41,143 nucleotides of DNA from an uncultured Planctomycetia bacterium (GTDB taxonomy: Bacteria; Omnitrophota; Gorgyraeia; Velamenicoccales; Velamenicoccaceae): NCBI GenBank assembly GCA_964429525.1, contig CAYSCK010000001.1:1-41143 (forward strand). The letters run 5' to 3'. The notes under the pieces were generated by a model. The model saw only the letters and a list, made by a program, of their open reading frames with translations. It made no database searches and was not told the origin of the DNA. Below are positions 7,196 to 16,724 of the stretch, piece by piece. Positions within the stretch are counted from its first letter, which is position 1. Each line of letters opens with the position of its first letter. The position numbers and the translations under genes were made by a program.

Positions 7196-7353
7196 GAAAA
7201 AATCAAAATTAAGTCTTAAGAGTATTGACTATTCTACTCAAAATTCTGATAATTTCAATATTTTCTTTTTTGATGACAAAAAACGCATTTTTATGAGATT
7301 TTTGTCATACTGTAAACTTTTCTCGCGTTTTTAACTTTTATCCTAAAAATATA

Positions 7354-7430
7354 TGGTGGGCGATAGAGGACTTGAACCCCTGACATTCTGCGTGTAAAGC
7401 AGACGCTCTAACCAACTGAGCTAATCGCCC
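7354..7430 (-). tRNA. tRNA-Val (anticodon TAC), CCA encoded
   Basis: The reverse complement is GGGCGATTAGCTCAGTTGGTTAGAGCGTCTGCTTTACACGCAGAATGTCAGGGGTTCAAGTCCTCTATCGCCCACCA. It starts 8 nt after the atpK stop. Confidence 0.9.
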
Positions 7431-7438
7431 GAAAATCT

Positions 7439-7888
7439 CTAAAACTTGCCAAGTACCATAAGTGAAAATACCATGACGAATACAGCAACGGTTTCAGCCA
7501 TACCAAGAACAGCCAGATAATTTCCAAACCCTTTGCCTGTCTCACCCATCGCGTCGCACGCTACAGCAGCGCACTTACCCTGAAAATAAGCCGATAATCC
7601 TATCCCCAAGCCGCTGAAAGCTCCTATACCCCAGACATACTGGCCCTTCGCTGCCAGCTCCACAACCTTGGTCATGACTATATTACCATAAATGGTCTGT
7701 GTCAATGGAGCGGCAACCAATGCCACAAGAATAAATGAAGCCGGTTTATTCTGCGCGAAACTTTTTTTCCAGGCGCCTATTGCCGCCATACCGGCGGTGC
7801 CGGCACCTAACGCTGAGCCGCAGGCAGCCAATCCCAAAACCATCGCGGCACCCAGATCCTTAAACTGCATTAAAACGTTTGTTTCCAT
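7439..7888 (-). CDS. atpK: V-type ATPase subunit K (proteolipid, double hairpin)
   Basis: 149 aa and four TM segments. It is Gly/Ala-rich (GSALGAGTAGMAAIGA) with the essential Glu in LGMAETVAVF. Confidence 0.85.
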   Translation of the reverse strand: METNVLMQFKDLGAAMVLGLAACGSALGAGTAGMAAIGAWKKSFAQNKPASFILVALVAAPLTQTIYGNIVMTKVVELAAKGQYVWGIGAFSGLGIGLSAYFQGKCAAVACDAMGETGKGFGNYLAVLGMAETVAVFVMVFSLMVLGKF

Positions 7889-7926
7889 TATCTTTCCCCT
7901 TTCTATTGACCTTCGAAATCACCAAA

Positions 7927-8006
7927 GTTAGCGTATAGGAGATAGCGGATAGGAGTTAGGAATTCTTAAAACCTATTCACTATACGCTAAACGCTATACG
8001 CCAGAA
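7927..8006. repeat. Two inverted blocks of degenerate heptamer repeats
   Basis: The left block is gttagcg tatagga gatagcg gatagga gttagga. The right block is cctattc actatac gctaaac gctatac gccagaa. The string agcgtatag (7930-7938) is the reverse complement of ctatacgct (7980-7988). Confidence 0.75.
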
Positions 8007-8068
8007 ATGCTTTGTAACCTTATCTTTTCGCTTTTCCTATCAGCTTTGAGCTCCGAGCTTTGAACTTT

Positions 8069-9844
8069 TTATCCTTCTTTCTTCAACGGCTTATACGCCA
8101 TGCCTGACCACGTAACGCCGGCATGCCCTGAAAATTCCAGAACATTAAGCCTTACGCCGTGCACCAGAACCGACATGGGCGAAAGAACAAAGTTCAATGT
8201 ATGTCCTGCCAAAAGGATCAATCCCGCCGCGATAAAACCGAACATGCCGGACCCTGCCGCTCCTTGCGCCATAGAATTAAAAGCGTCCGATATGGCAACA
8301 CCTGCCAATCCTACCGCGAACAAACGCACATACGAAACAATATCCCCAAAACTGTTCATTATACTCAACGCGATGTTCCCAAGGCCCGCGGCAATGGTCA
8401 ATAAAAAATTCCTGCGCGGGCAGGAAAATAAAACGACAAGAGATATACCTCCTATTATCATATATTTTCCAAAGAAAGGAAATTCTGCTCCCAAAAGAAG
8501 CATCTTGACCAGAAAGAACGCCGCCCAAAGTATGCTTATCCAGCCCAATTCAGCCAGCGCTGTCAGCGACGGAAGCTGCACTATGAAACGCCATGCGTGG
8601 GCAAGGCTCAGATGAGTCGCGCCTATCAGAAAACACATACCCTGCACAAAAGTAGGATCATTCAAGACAGGCACAAGCGCCTTGACGCCTGTTGTAATAA
8701 GCCAGGCCTGACCGAAGAACGTTCCTGTCAATACACCCCAGGCTATAGCGCACAGGCTTAACACATACATCAGGGAAAAAATACGCTTATCGGGCATATT
8801 CGCCCCGAACTTACGCTGTAAAAGAACTGTGATAAGAAGATACAACAATCCATAGCCGGCATCTCCAATAATAATGCCGAAAAATAAACTGAAAAATATC
8901 AAAAATATCGGGCTTGTGTCAAGCTCGGTATACCCGGGAAGGATCTCTAAAAGTTTTATCAAAGGCTGAAGGATAGAAACCCATCTCGGATTGCGTATTA
9001 AAGTCGGAACCTGCTCATCAAGGCAAGGGTCTGTTATGAGCGCGCCCCATTGCTCCCTTTTTACCGCGGCAAGGATCTCACTCTCGGAATCAAACGGAAT
9101 AAATCCGTTCACATAAGCAAGCTCCCCAGCCTTTCCCATGCCGCGCACCGCCTCGTGGAATTCCAGCTCTTTCTCAAGCGCTCGCGATATATTTGAAAAA
9201 CTCCCGCGGAAACAGCTCCACTTGCGTATATCATTCTGCACCGCGAGAATTATCTTTTTATCTTCCATAAGCCTTGTGCCCATATCTGTCAGGCTTGAGC
9301 GCGGCAATACAAGCTCTTTGAATGGAATATCTGTTCTTTCGCGGGATATGATACAGCAATAAGCTGTACCCGCGCGCGTTGAAAGAACGCGCGCAACAGC
9401 ATCATCCGGCAATTTAGAAAGCTCTTTTTCAGGTATCGCGTATAACCTTAGGAAGATATTTTTTGCCGCCAGCTCCTCTATCTCAGACGGCTCAAAATCA
9501 CCCCAGGCCTGCCACTGGACTATGCTCGCCCTTAAAGATCGTGAGTAATCATTCAGCTGGTCAAAACGCTTCCTGTCGGCGATTATCCTGCGCGCCACCG
9601 CGCGCCAATCAGAAGGCACGCCGCCTTTATCCTCGCAACCATGTTCTAAAAATTCTTTCTCTGAAATTATCACGAGGGCTTCCTTAACCAAAGCCACATC
9701 CTCCAACAATCCGGACAGATCCTCGCCCTTTGGTTCCTGAGCATGCTCCACATGCAGAACACCCAGCGAGCGCAGTTTTGAAATAGCGTCTTCCGCGTCG
9801 CGGGAAAGGCACAGGATAGATATCCTCTTCATGGGAACTATCAT
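8069..9844 (-). CDS. atpI: V-type ATPase subunit I (membrane a-type subunit)
   Basis: 591 aa, with a soluble N-terminal half, about 7 TM helices, and the RLNVLEF-type Arg helix (VRLFAVGLAG / GVRLNVLEFSG). Confidence 0.85.
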   Translation of the reverse strand: MIVPMKRISILCLSRDAEDAISKLRSLGVLHVEHAQEPKGEDLSGLLEDVALVKEALVIISEKEFLEHGCEDKGGVPSDWRAVARRIIADRKRFDQLNDYSRSLRASIVQWQAWGDFEPSEIEELAAKNIFLRLYAIPEKELSKLPDDAVARVLSTRAGTAYCCIISRERTDIPFKELVLPRSSLTDMGTRLMEDKKIILAVQNDIRKWSCFRGSFSNISRALEKELEFHEAVRGMGKAGELAYVNGFIPFDSESEILAAVKREQWGALITDPCLDEQVPTLIRNPRWVSILQPLIKLLEILPGYTELDTSPIFLIFFSLFFGIIIGDAGYGLLYLLITVLLQRKFGANMPDKRIFSLMYVLSLCAIAWGVLTGTFFGQAWLITTGVKALVPVLNDPTFVQGMCFLIGATHLSLAHAWRFIVQLPSLTALAELGWISILWAAFFLVKMLLLGAEFPFFGKYMIIGGISLVVLFSCPRRNFLLTIAAGLGNIALSIMNSFGDIVSYVRLFAVGLAGVAISDAFNSMAQGAAGSGMFGFIAAGLILLAGHTLNFVLSPMSVLVHGVRLNVLEFSGHAGVTWSGMAYKPLKKEG

Positions 9845-10458
9845 AGATGCGCTCCTGCCAGCTCCGCCTCTTCGATCTTTTTCTTGGCTATCTTTGAACG
9901 GCCCACAGCATTAGTCATCTGGTCGCCTATATAGATCTTGATAAGCCTGATATTCTCTTCTGTCTCAGGAATTTTTACCTTCTCAAACAGATTGACCCGC
10001 TGTGTTGTGATAAGAAGCTCCCTGCGCAGTATCAGTATGCCCTGCTCCGTAGTCTCTATCTCACATCTGAGCGATATCAGGTCCCTTAACAATTCAAGCG
10101 CGTGGTCCACCCAGAGAGGAGCGGTAAAAAGATCGTATTCAGCTGTCTCAAAATCAACGCGGTTAAAAACCGGAATATCAACTCCGGCGACATTCTTGGA
10201 AGATGTTTCTATCTTTTCAGGTTTAAGCCATGGCCTGAAAGATATGCTCGTCTCAGCCAAAAGCCCGATCCAGGTTTCAGCGGACTTTTTCTTTGGAACC
10301 TGCGCGCGTTTTTTCTCCTCCAACAGCGCCAGTTGAGCCAAAATCTCCATCTGCAGCTGCTGTTTTTTCAACTGCAATGTAGGCAGATACCGCTCAAAAC
10401 GCTTGAGCGAATCTCTCTGCTTTTTTAACTCACCTTTTGTTAGTCTTACCTTAGCCAT
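9841..10458 (-). CDS. atpD: V-type ATPase subunit D
   Basis: 205 aa, beginning MAKVRLTKGELKKQRDSLKRFERYLPTLQLKKQQL. It has a 4-nt overlap with atpI. Confidence 0.85.
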   Translation of the reverse strand: MAKVRLTKGELKKQRDSLKRFERYLPTLQLKKQQLQMEILAQLALLEEKKRAQVPKKKSAETWIGLLAETSISFRPWLKPEKIETSSKNVAGVDIPVFNRVDFETAEYDLFTAPLWVDHALELLRDLISLRCEIETTEQGILILRRELLITTQRVNLFEKVKIPETEENIRLIKIYIGDQMTNAVGRSKIAKKKIEEAELAGAHL

Positions 10459-10476
10459 GATTATTAAGGTTGCAAA

Positions 10477-10574
10477 GTCAAAATGTCAAAAAGTCACAAA
10501 GTTTCAGGTTACAGGGACCAGGTGTCAGGGACTAGATAGAACCTGAAACCTGTAACCTGTAACCTAGAGCCTAC
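10477..10574. repeat. Degenerate 8-mer and 7-mer tandem repeats arranged as an imperfect hairpin
   Basis: The 8-mer run is gtcaaaat gtcaaaaa gtcacaaa. The 7-mer run is aacctga aacctgt aacctgt aacctag agcctac. The string caggttacagg (10505-10515) is the reverse complement of cctgtaacctg (10549-10559). Confidence 0.75.
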
Positions 10575-10584
10575 CCCTTATCAC

Positions 10585-11877
10585 CTAATCTTTCGGCCAA
10601 TACTTTTCTATGAGCGACTTCTTTATGCCTGTCTCCTCCGGGGAGAAACAATCGCTCATCAGCTTCCATCCAAGGTCAAGCGCCTCTTCCAGGGATATAT
10701 TCACTTCCAAAGACATCATCTTCTCTTCAAAAAGCTTTCCATACTTCAAAAGCTTATTATCCCAATTCGTCATCTGAAAACCCATGGACTGCTTCTCCAG
10801 CGTCTCACGATAATTCGCGAAAAGCTGTATCATCGTATCCATTATTACGCGATGGTCGTCACGCGTCTTTCCGTTTACCTGCTGTTTCAAACGGCTCAGA
10901 GAACCAAAAGGCTCTATTACTCCGCCTTTTAGATAGAACTGCCCCTCTGTAATATAGCCCGTATTATCAGGCACAGGATGCGTTACGTCATCGCCGGGCA
11001 TGGTAGTCACGGCAAGTATTGTTATGGAACCCGCGGTCTCAAAATCAACGGCCTTTTCGTATCGGGCCGCAAGCTGGCTGTAGAGGTCGCCGGGATAGCC
11101 GCGGTTAGACGGCACCTGTTCCATCGTTATTGAGACCTCTTTGAGCGCGTCGGCGAAATTTGTCATATCCGTCAGAAGCACAAGTACGCGCTTGCCGCTT
11201 AGCGCGAACTGCTCGGCAACAGCAAGGCTGATATCGGGCACAAGCAGGCATTCTACGGTCGGGTCAGCGGCAGTATGAATAAAAAATATGCACCTTGATA
11301 ACGCGCCTCTTTCCTCCAGGGTATCCCTGAAGAAAAGATAATCGTCATATTTCAGCCCCATACCGCCGAGAACGATCACATCCACTTCCGCCTGTGTGGC
11401 GATACGCGCCAAAAGTTCATTGTAAGGCTCGCCGGCTATTGAAAATACAGGCAATTTTTGAGAAACGACGAGTGAGTTAAAGACATCTATCATCGGGATA
11501 CCGGTCCTGATCATCTTGTCCGGTACTATCCTTTTTACAGGGTTCACCGAGGAACTGCCGATATCCACAGGATTACTTGTTATTGCAGGGCCCATATCGC
11601 GCGGTTCTCCGCTTCCGTTGAAGATCCTGCCCAAGAGATCATCTCCTGTCGCGGTACGCATCGGATGGCCCAAAAACCTGACCTTATCTCCGGTTGAAAT
11701 TCCGCGGCTTCCGGCGAATACCTGCAAAGACACCTTTTTTCCATCAAGGCGTATGACCTGCGCCAAAGATTTACCGCGCGATGTAGCGACTTCAGCTATT
11801 TCCATATAACCTATGCCGTCTGCCTCGACGGTAATAACATCGCCGGCTATTTGAATGATATTGGTATAAACTTTCAT
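10585..11877 (-). CDS. atpB: V-type ATPase subunit B
   Basis: 430 aa with the regulatory-subunit pattern ([32 protein letters not shown]) and no P-loop. Confidence 0.9.
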   Translation of the reverse strand: MKVYTNIIQIAGDVITVEADGIGYMEIAEVATSRGKSLAQVIRLDGKKVSLQVFAGSRGISTGDKVRFLGHPMRTATGDDLLGRIFNGSGEPRDMGPAITSNPVDIGSSSVNPVKRIVPDKMIRTGIPMIDVFNSLVVSQKLPVFSIAGEPYNELLARIATQAEVDVIVLGGMGLKYDDYLFFRDTLEERGALSRCIFFIHTAADPTVECLLVPDISLAVAEQFALSGKRVLVLLTDMTNFADALKEVSITMEQVPSNRGYPGDLYSQLAARYEKAVDFETAGSITILAVTTMPGDDVTHPVPDNTGYITEGQFYLKGGVIEPFGSLSRLKQQVNGKTRDDHRVIMDTMIQLFANYRETLEKQSMGFQMTNWDNKLLKYGKLFEEKMMSLEVNISLEEALDLGWKLMSDCFSPEETGIKKSLIEKYWPKD

Positions 11878-11894
11878 AAATTCGTCCTTTGAGG

Positions 11895-13619
11895 TTAGTG
11901 TTTTCTCCCGCTTAAAAGATGTGTTTTTATCTCACTCTCTGTCTTTTTAAATTCGTCAGATTGCCACTGGCTTGAATTCCACCCGCGGAAAAGCTGCCTT
12001 AAAGCCTGAAAGAAATGGAGCGCTTTTTCCTTGTCTTTAAATTCAAGATCAGCCTCTAAAATATCGTATATAAAATCGTATACATAAGCCTGTCTTTCTT
12101 TTGCGGTCGCTTCATCTACTTCATCAAACGCGTTCTGCTGCAGATAGACAAAATCAAAAAACTCACCCTTTAAGTAATCTATATAATCAGCCAAAAGCGT
12201 GCCTTCCTCGCCGACAACCTTCATCATTGAAGCAACATCGTGGCTCTTACGCAATATTGAATGCCCGCGCTCAACCTTGGAGGCGCCTATAAAACTTTTA
12301 TACTTTGTCCAGCTTATCAGAGGGTCTATCGCCGGATAACGCCTGGCATCTGAACGTTCCCGCGAAAGGCCGTGAAACGCGCCGACTACCTTCAGGGTCG
12401 CCTGCGTTACAGGCTCTTCAAAATTTCCACCCGCGGGGCTGACCGTGCCTCCGATAGTAACCGAACCCATAGAACCATCATAAAGTTTTACCAGGCCCGC
12501 GCGTTCATAAAATGAAGCTATGCGGGATTCAAGATACGCCGGGAATGCCTCTTCTCCCGGTATCTCCTCAAGACGCCCGGACATCTCGCGCATCGCCTGC
12601 GCCCAGCGCGAAGTTGAATCAGCAAGCAATAACACGCTCAATCCCATCTGACGGTAATATTCAGCAATAGTCACTGCCGTATAAACGCTAGACTCTCGCG
12701 CGGCAACAGGCATAGAACTCGTATTACAGATAATGACCGTCCTGTCGCTCAACGGCTTGCCGGTCTTCGGGTCCTTGATATTCGGAAAAGTCTTCAATGT
12801 TTCAACAACTTCGCCCGCGCGCTCGCCGCATGCCGCGATGATCACTATATCAACATCAGCATGACGGCTTGTGAGCTGCTGCAAAACAGTCTTACCCGCG
12901 CCAAAAGGCCCTGGGATGCAATATGTACCGCCGCGCGCCACCGGAAAGAGCGAATCTATAACGCGCATCTTGGTTACCAATGGCTCTGTGGGTTTTAATT
13001 TTTCGGCATACGCGATTATCGGGATCTTAACCGGCCAGACCTGTTTTAAAAACACTTCATGCAGATGGCCGTCGCTATCTTTTAATTGTGCAACGCTGGT
13101 CTTGAGGTTATAACGGCCGGGCTGGGCTATTTTTACTACCTCCAACACGTTCGGCAAACCAAACGGGACCATTATGAAATGCTTGAATATCTTCTCCGGC
13201 ACAAAACCGAGTTTTTCTCCCGCGCGGACCTTCTGGCCAATTTTAACCAGCGGAGTAAAATCCCATTCGGCATCAGGCGGCAGGGCTGACAGATACACGC
13301 CGCGTTTTAAGAAAAAGCCGTACTTTTGCGCCAATGGCGGCAGAGGATTTTCAAGGCCGTCAAATATCTGGCCCAACAACCCCGGCCCCAGCTCAACGGA
13401 CAAAAGTTCGTCAGAAAATTCAACTTCGCCCCCAACCTTTAAACTGGTCGTACTTTCAAATACCTGGGTCTCCGCCCTTCTGCCGCGCACCCGGATAACT
13501 TCGGCCTTCAGGCGTTCATCGCCGTGAATAATATATGCCACTTCATTCTGAATGATAAAGCTGTCAGCCTCGACCGAAACCATGTTCCCGCTAATCTTGA
13601 CAATCCTTCCTTTTCTCAA
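11895..13619 (-). CDS. atpA: V-type ATPase catalytic subunit A
   Basis: 574 aa with P-loop GPFGAGKTV. It uses a TTG start with GGAGG 5 nt upstream. Confidence 0.9.
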   Translation of the reverse strand: MRKGRIVKISGNMVSVEADSFIIQNEVAYIIHGDERLKAEVIRVRGRRAETQVFESTTSLKVGGEVEFSDELLSVELGPGLLGQIFDGLENPLPPLAQKYGFFLKRGVYLSALPPDAEWDFTPLVKIGQKVRAGEKLGFVPEKIFKHFIMVPFGLPNVLEVVKIAQPGRYNLKTSVAQLKDSDGHLHEVFLKQVWPVKIPIIAYAEKLKPTEPLVTKMRVIDSLFPVARGGTYCIPGPFGAGKTVLQQLTSRHADVDIVIIAACGERAGEVVETLKTFPNIKDPKTGKPLSDRTVIICNTSSMPVAARESSVYTAVTIAEYYRQMGLSVLLLADSTSRWAQAMREMSGRLEEIPGEEAFPAYLESRIASFYERAGLVKLYDGSMGSVTIGGTVSPAGGNFEEPVTQATLKVVGAFHGLSRERSDARRYPAIDPLISWTKYKSFIGASKVERGHSILRKSHDVASMMKVVGEEGTLLADYIDYLKGEFFDFVYLQQNAFDEVDEATAKERQAYVYDFIYDILEADLEFKDKEKALHFFQALRQLFRGWNSSQWQSDEFKKTESEIKTHLLSGRKH

Positions 13620-13620
13620 T

Positions 13621-14163
13621 TTATCCTCCCGACAATGCTTCTTCCAGTAATTTATGTTTATCCTGCGATGCTATCTTGTGCCAGCGCTCCAGAATCAAAA
13701 GCTTCCCGGCATAGGTGATCAAAAAATCAAGATCGAAATAATGGCCCGTTGAAAGCTCGTCTAAATACCTCCAGCGCTCCTCATCCAGCATCTTTTCTGC
13801 ATCGAGCAACAAAGACGAGCTCGCGCGGGATGCCGCCTGGGCCAGATGGACGAGCGAGGGCTCCGCGTACTGTTCACGACGCAGATAATGCGCGGGATCC
13901 GCTTTCTTGCGGCTTGCGCGCAAACGAACGAGCTCATTCCTCAAGTTTGTTTCAAAGATATACCAATTCTCAATGGTCTCCCGCGCGCCCGAATAGGCAA
14001 ACCCGTTAAGATGCGCATGAGGCAGGCTCTTTAAGACATCCAGCTCTTCTTCAGGGATCAGCCCGGAACAATTCTCTAAAAATTTATCAAAAGAAAACGG
14101 CGGACGCGCTCCATAATGAAGCGAAGGCAGGCTTGAAATAAGGTATATATAGAATTGAGCCAT
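13621..14163 (-). CDS. DUF2764 protein (V-ATPase operon-associated, as in chlamydial and spirochaetal operons)
   Basis: 180 aa. It sits between E and A, begins LISSLPSLHYGARPPFSFDKFLE, and is helical. Confidence 0.55.
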   Translation of the reverse strand: MAQFYIYLISSLPSLHYGARPPFSFDKFLENCSGLIPEEELDVLKSLPHAHLNGFAYSGARETIENWYIFETNLRNELVRLRASRKKADPAHYLRREQYAEPSLVHLAQAASRASSSLLLDAEKMLDEERWRYLDELSTGHYFDLDFLITYAGKLLILERWHKIASQDKHKLLEEALSGG

Positions 14164-14186
14164 ATAAAGGTCTCTTTACTGTTAAG

Positions 14187-14449
14187 GTGGATCACCACCG
14201 ACTTTGTCGGTAGCTTCTTAAAAAAGGAAAATTGTTTTAAAGTGTAGCGACTGCCGAAGTAGAGCAGAAAATCGAGCGGCGCCTAAAGGCGCAAAAATGC
14301 ACTGTCTGAGCCGTTACCAAAATCTAAATATTAGGGCGAGTTGTGCATTTTTAGCTGGATTTTCTGCGTTGCAAAGCACTACTTCGGCTCTTAAGCGGAG
14401 CTTGAAACAATTTTTCCAAAGAACAACACCAGCTTCGTTGGTGGACTAT
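14187..14449. repeat. Imperfect palindrome of about 263 nt in the atpE/DUF2764 spacer
   Basis: Several arm pairs match: ggaaaattgtttt/gaaacaatttttcc, ccgaagtag/ctacttcgg, gcagaaaatc/gattttctgc, aaaaatgcac/gtgcattttt. The centre is near 14318. Confidence 0.75.
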
Positions 14450-14465
14450 TGTAAATAATTAATTT

Positions 14466-15068
14466 TTAAGTTACAGCCAAAATCTCGGCGAGCTTAGGCT
14501 TCAAATAAAGGCTTATATATTCAGCGAGGGCCTTATCCGTAAAATCAAACTCTGACTTTCCGGAATCATAGCTTATCGTAAAACCTCCGGTAATATCCTT
14601 GGCAGACTTGAGCACTACCCCATGCTTGACTAATTCCCTTAACTCTCCCACAAAAGCCGATTCCAGCTTATCCTTATCCTCTTTCTTCAAAGACACGACC
14701 ACTTCCCCCTCTTCAGAAGCAAGCGCGCTTTTTATCAACACGCCTAATATAGAGACCAATTCACCAGACGCCAAGGCATGCCGGACATTCGTAGATATGA
14801 TCTTATTAAGCATGCTGTTTATCTCAAGCTTCAGCGCGAGGATCATATCGCGGCCCGCCTGTGTCATAGATGCCTTGGTTGAGCTTTCCAGCCTCGCTGA
14901 TTCTTCTTTTGCCGCCGAAATTATAGCCTCGGCTTCTTTTTTGGCGTCTTTGAGCAAACTCTCGGCACGGCGCTTTGCTTCTTCTTCAATAGAACGCGCT
15001 TTATCCTGGGCTGTCTTAACCCCTTCATCCTGTATTTTTTTAATCAGGTCTTTAAGTTGTTCAGTCAT
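14466..15068 (-). CDS. atpE: V-type ATPase subunit E
   Basis: 200 aa with a charged coiled-coil N-terminus (KARSIEEEAKRRAESLLKDAKKEAEAI). Its ATG overlaps the pyrF stop (ATGA). Confidence 0.8.
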   Translation of the reverse strand: MTEQLKDLIKKIQDEGVKTAQDKARSIEEEAKRRAESLLKDAKKEAEAIISAAKEESARLESSTKASMTQAGRDMILALKLEINSMLNKIISTNVRHALASGELVSILGVLIKSALASEEGEVVVSLKKEDKDKLESAFVGELRELVKHGVVLKSAKDITGGFTISYDSGKSEFDFTDKALAEYISLYLKPKLAEILAVT

Positions 15069-15745
15069 GATAACTCCATTTCTTTTAATATCTGTTTCGC
15101 GGCAGACTTAGGGCTTTTAGCCGAAACAATGGGCCTGCCTACAACGAGAAAACTGCTTCCGGCTTCAAGCGCGGCTTTAGGTGTCGCCACTCTCTTCTGA
15201 TCAGAGGCTTCAGAGCCTAAAGGCCTGATGCCTGGCGTCACAATAACAAAATCCTTAAATCTTTCGCGTATAGCGCCTGCCTCTTCAACCGAGGAGACTA
15301 CTCCGTCGAGCCCGGAGCTTTTGGCGTCAAAAGCAAGGTCCATAACACGGCCAAAAACATTATCAAACTTCATGCTTGTCAGCACTGTAACAGCCACGAT
15401 CAGCGGACGCCTCAGGCGCATAGCCTTAGAAACTTCTTCTGCCGCGTCTTTGGCAGCTTTGAGCATTTCAGCCCCGCCTTGCGCGTGCACTGTCAGCATA
15501 AAAACTTTCATGCGCGTCGCCTGAGACACAGCAGACGCTACAGTATTTGGGATATCGTGATATTTTAGATCTAAAAAAACCTCGGCGCGCTTCTTGCGTA
15601 TATACTCCACTATCTTTGCGCCGCATCCGGTAAAAAGCTGGCTTCCTACTTTAAATATCTTTACCGAAGGATAAAGTTCATCCACAAGCTTCTTTGCTTC
15701 TTTATAAGTATCCACATCCAGCGCCACTATCAATTTTGATTTCAT
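15065..15745 (-). CDS. pyrF: Orotidine 5'-phosphate decarboxylase
   Basis: 226 aa with LIVALDV, FKVG, FLDLKYHDIPNTV and VVGRPI motifs. Confidence 0.9.
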   Translation of the reverse strand: MKSKLIVALDVDTYKEAKKLVDELYPSVKIFKVGSQLFTGCGAKIVEYIRKKRAEVFLDLKYHDIPNTVASAVSQATRMKVFMLTVHAQGGAEMLKAAKDAAEEVSKAMRLRRPLIVAVTVLTSMKFDNVFGRVMDLAFDAKSSGLDGVVSSVEEAGAIRERFKDFVIVTPGIRPLGSEASDQKRVATPKAALEAGSSFLVVGRPIVSAKSPKSAAKQILKEMELS

Positions 15746-15772
15746 AAATTTTACCTATACCATTAACTTTAA

Positions 15773-15807
15773 ACTATCGACTATCGACTATAGACTATAG
15801 ACTAACC
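15773..15807. repeat. Heptamer tandem repeat, about five units
   Basis: The units are actatcg actatcg actatag actatag actaacc. The array abuts the pyrD stop. Confidence 0.85.
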
Positions 15808-16724
15808 TATCCGACATTCAAGCTCCCGACAAGTTCTTTAATACCCTTGAATTTGTTATCTATTAAATATTTCTCTATCCCTTTTATGATCTTTAAGGAC
15901 GCCTGAGGGTCTATGAAATTCGCCGTGCCCACGGCGACAGCCGACGCTCCTGCGATAAAAAACTCCAACGCGTCGCGTTCATTCATTATCCCGCCCATAC
16001 CGATTATAGGCAGGGTAATTCTATTTCGCACCTGCCAGACCATGCGCAGAGCGATAGGCTTTATCGCCGGCCCGCTTAAGCCCCCTGTTATATTACCCAA
16101 TACGGACTTCCTGGTCTTTACATTTATTGCCATGCCTAAAAGCGTATTGATAAGGCTTATGGCGTCGGCGCCCGCTTCCTGCGCGGCCTTTGCTATCTTA
16201 GCCGCATCCTCAACGTTCGGCGACAGTTTAACTATAAGAGGCAGGCGGGTCTTGCGCCTTACATCACGCACAAGATTAAAAGTAAGCCTCTCATCATGCG
16301 CTGTGATCTTTTCTTTATATTCCACATTCGGGCATGAGATATTAAGCTCAAACGCGGCAACTTCTTTATACCCGCTCAGCGCGTTTACCACCTCGGCATA
16401 TTCTGAATTAGTCTCCCCTCCCACGCTGACGATCAGCCTGGTACGGAAATTCTTATACGCCGGAAGTTTATTTTCAACAAAATCCTTTAAGCCGCTATTC
16501 TGCAAGCCTATGGAATTCAGCATACCGCCGACAGTCTCAAACAACCTCGGCGGACGGTTACCCTCCCTGGGCTTAAGCGTTATCGTCTTGGTAATTATCG
16601 CGCCCAAAACTGCCGGGTCAACAAACTCCTTGAATTCATCACCGTAACCGAATGTGCCGGAAGCGACCATGACCGGATTTTTTAACTTTAAACTTCCTAT
16701 TTTGACTGATAAGTCAGGCTTCAT
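15807..16724 (-). CDS. pyrD: Dihydroorotate dehydrogenase catalytic subunit (class 1B)
   Basis: 305 aa with NPVMVASGTFGYG, NISCPNV and GGI...DALEF motifs. Confidence 0.9.
   Translation of the reverse strand: MKPDLSVKIGSLKLKNPVMVASGTFGYGDEFKEFVDPAVLGAIITKTITLKPREGNRPPRLFETVGGMLNSIGLQNSGLKDFVENKLPAYKNFRTRLIVSVGGETNSEYAEVVNALSGYKEVAAFELNISCPNVEYKEKITAHDERLTFNLVRDVRRKTRLPLIVKLSPNVEDAAKIAKAAQEAGADAISLINTLLGMAINVKTRKSVLGNITGGLSGPAIKPIALRMVWQVRNRITLPIIGMGGIMNERDALEFFIAGASAVAVGTANFIDPQASLKIIKGIEKYLIDNKFKGIKELVGSLNVG

Noticed and set aside
7225-7253. Plus-strand promoter-like TTGACT-N17-GATAAT between the two tRNA genes
   Set aside because: The spacer is very AT-rich, so such hexamers arise by chance, and there is no downstream terminator or ORF. 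A minus-strand TTGAAA-N16-TAGAAT (7231-7258) in the same stretch is a more sensible tRNA-Asp promoter, but it is also weakly supported.
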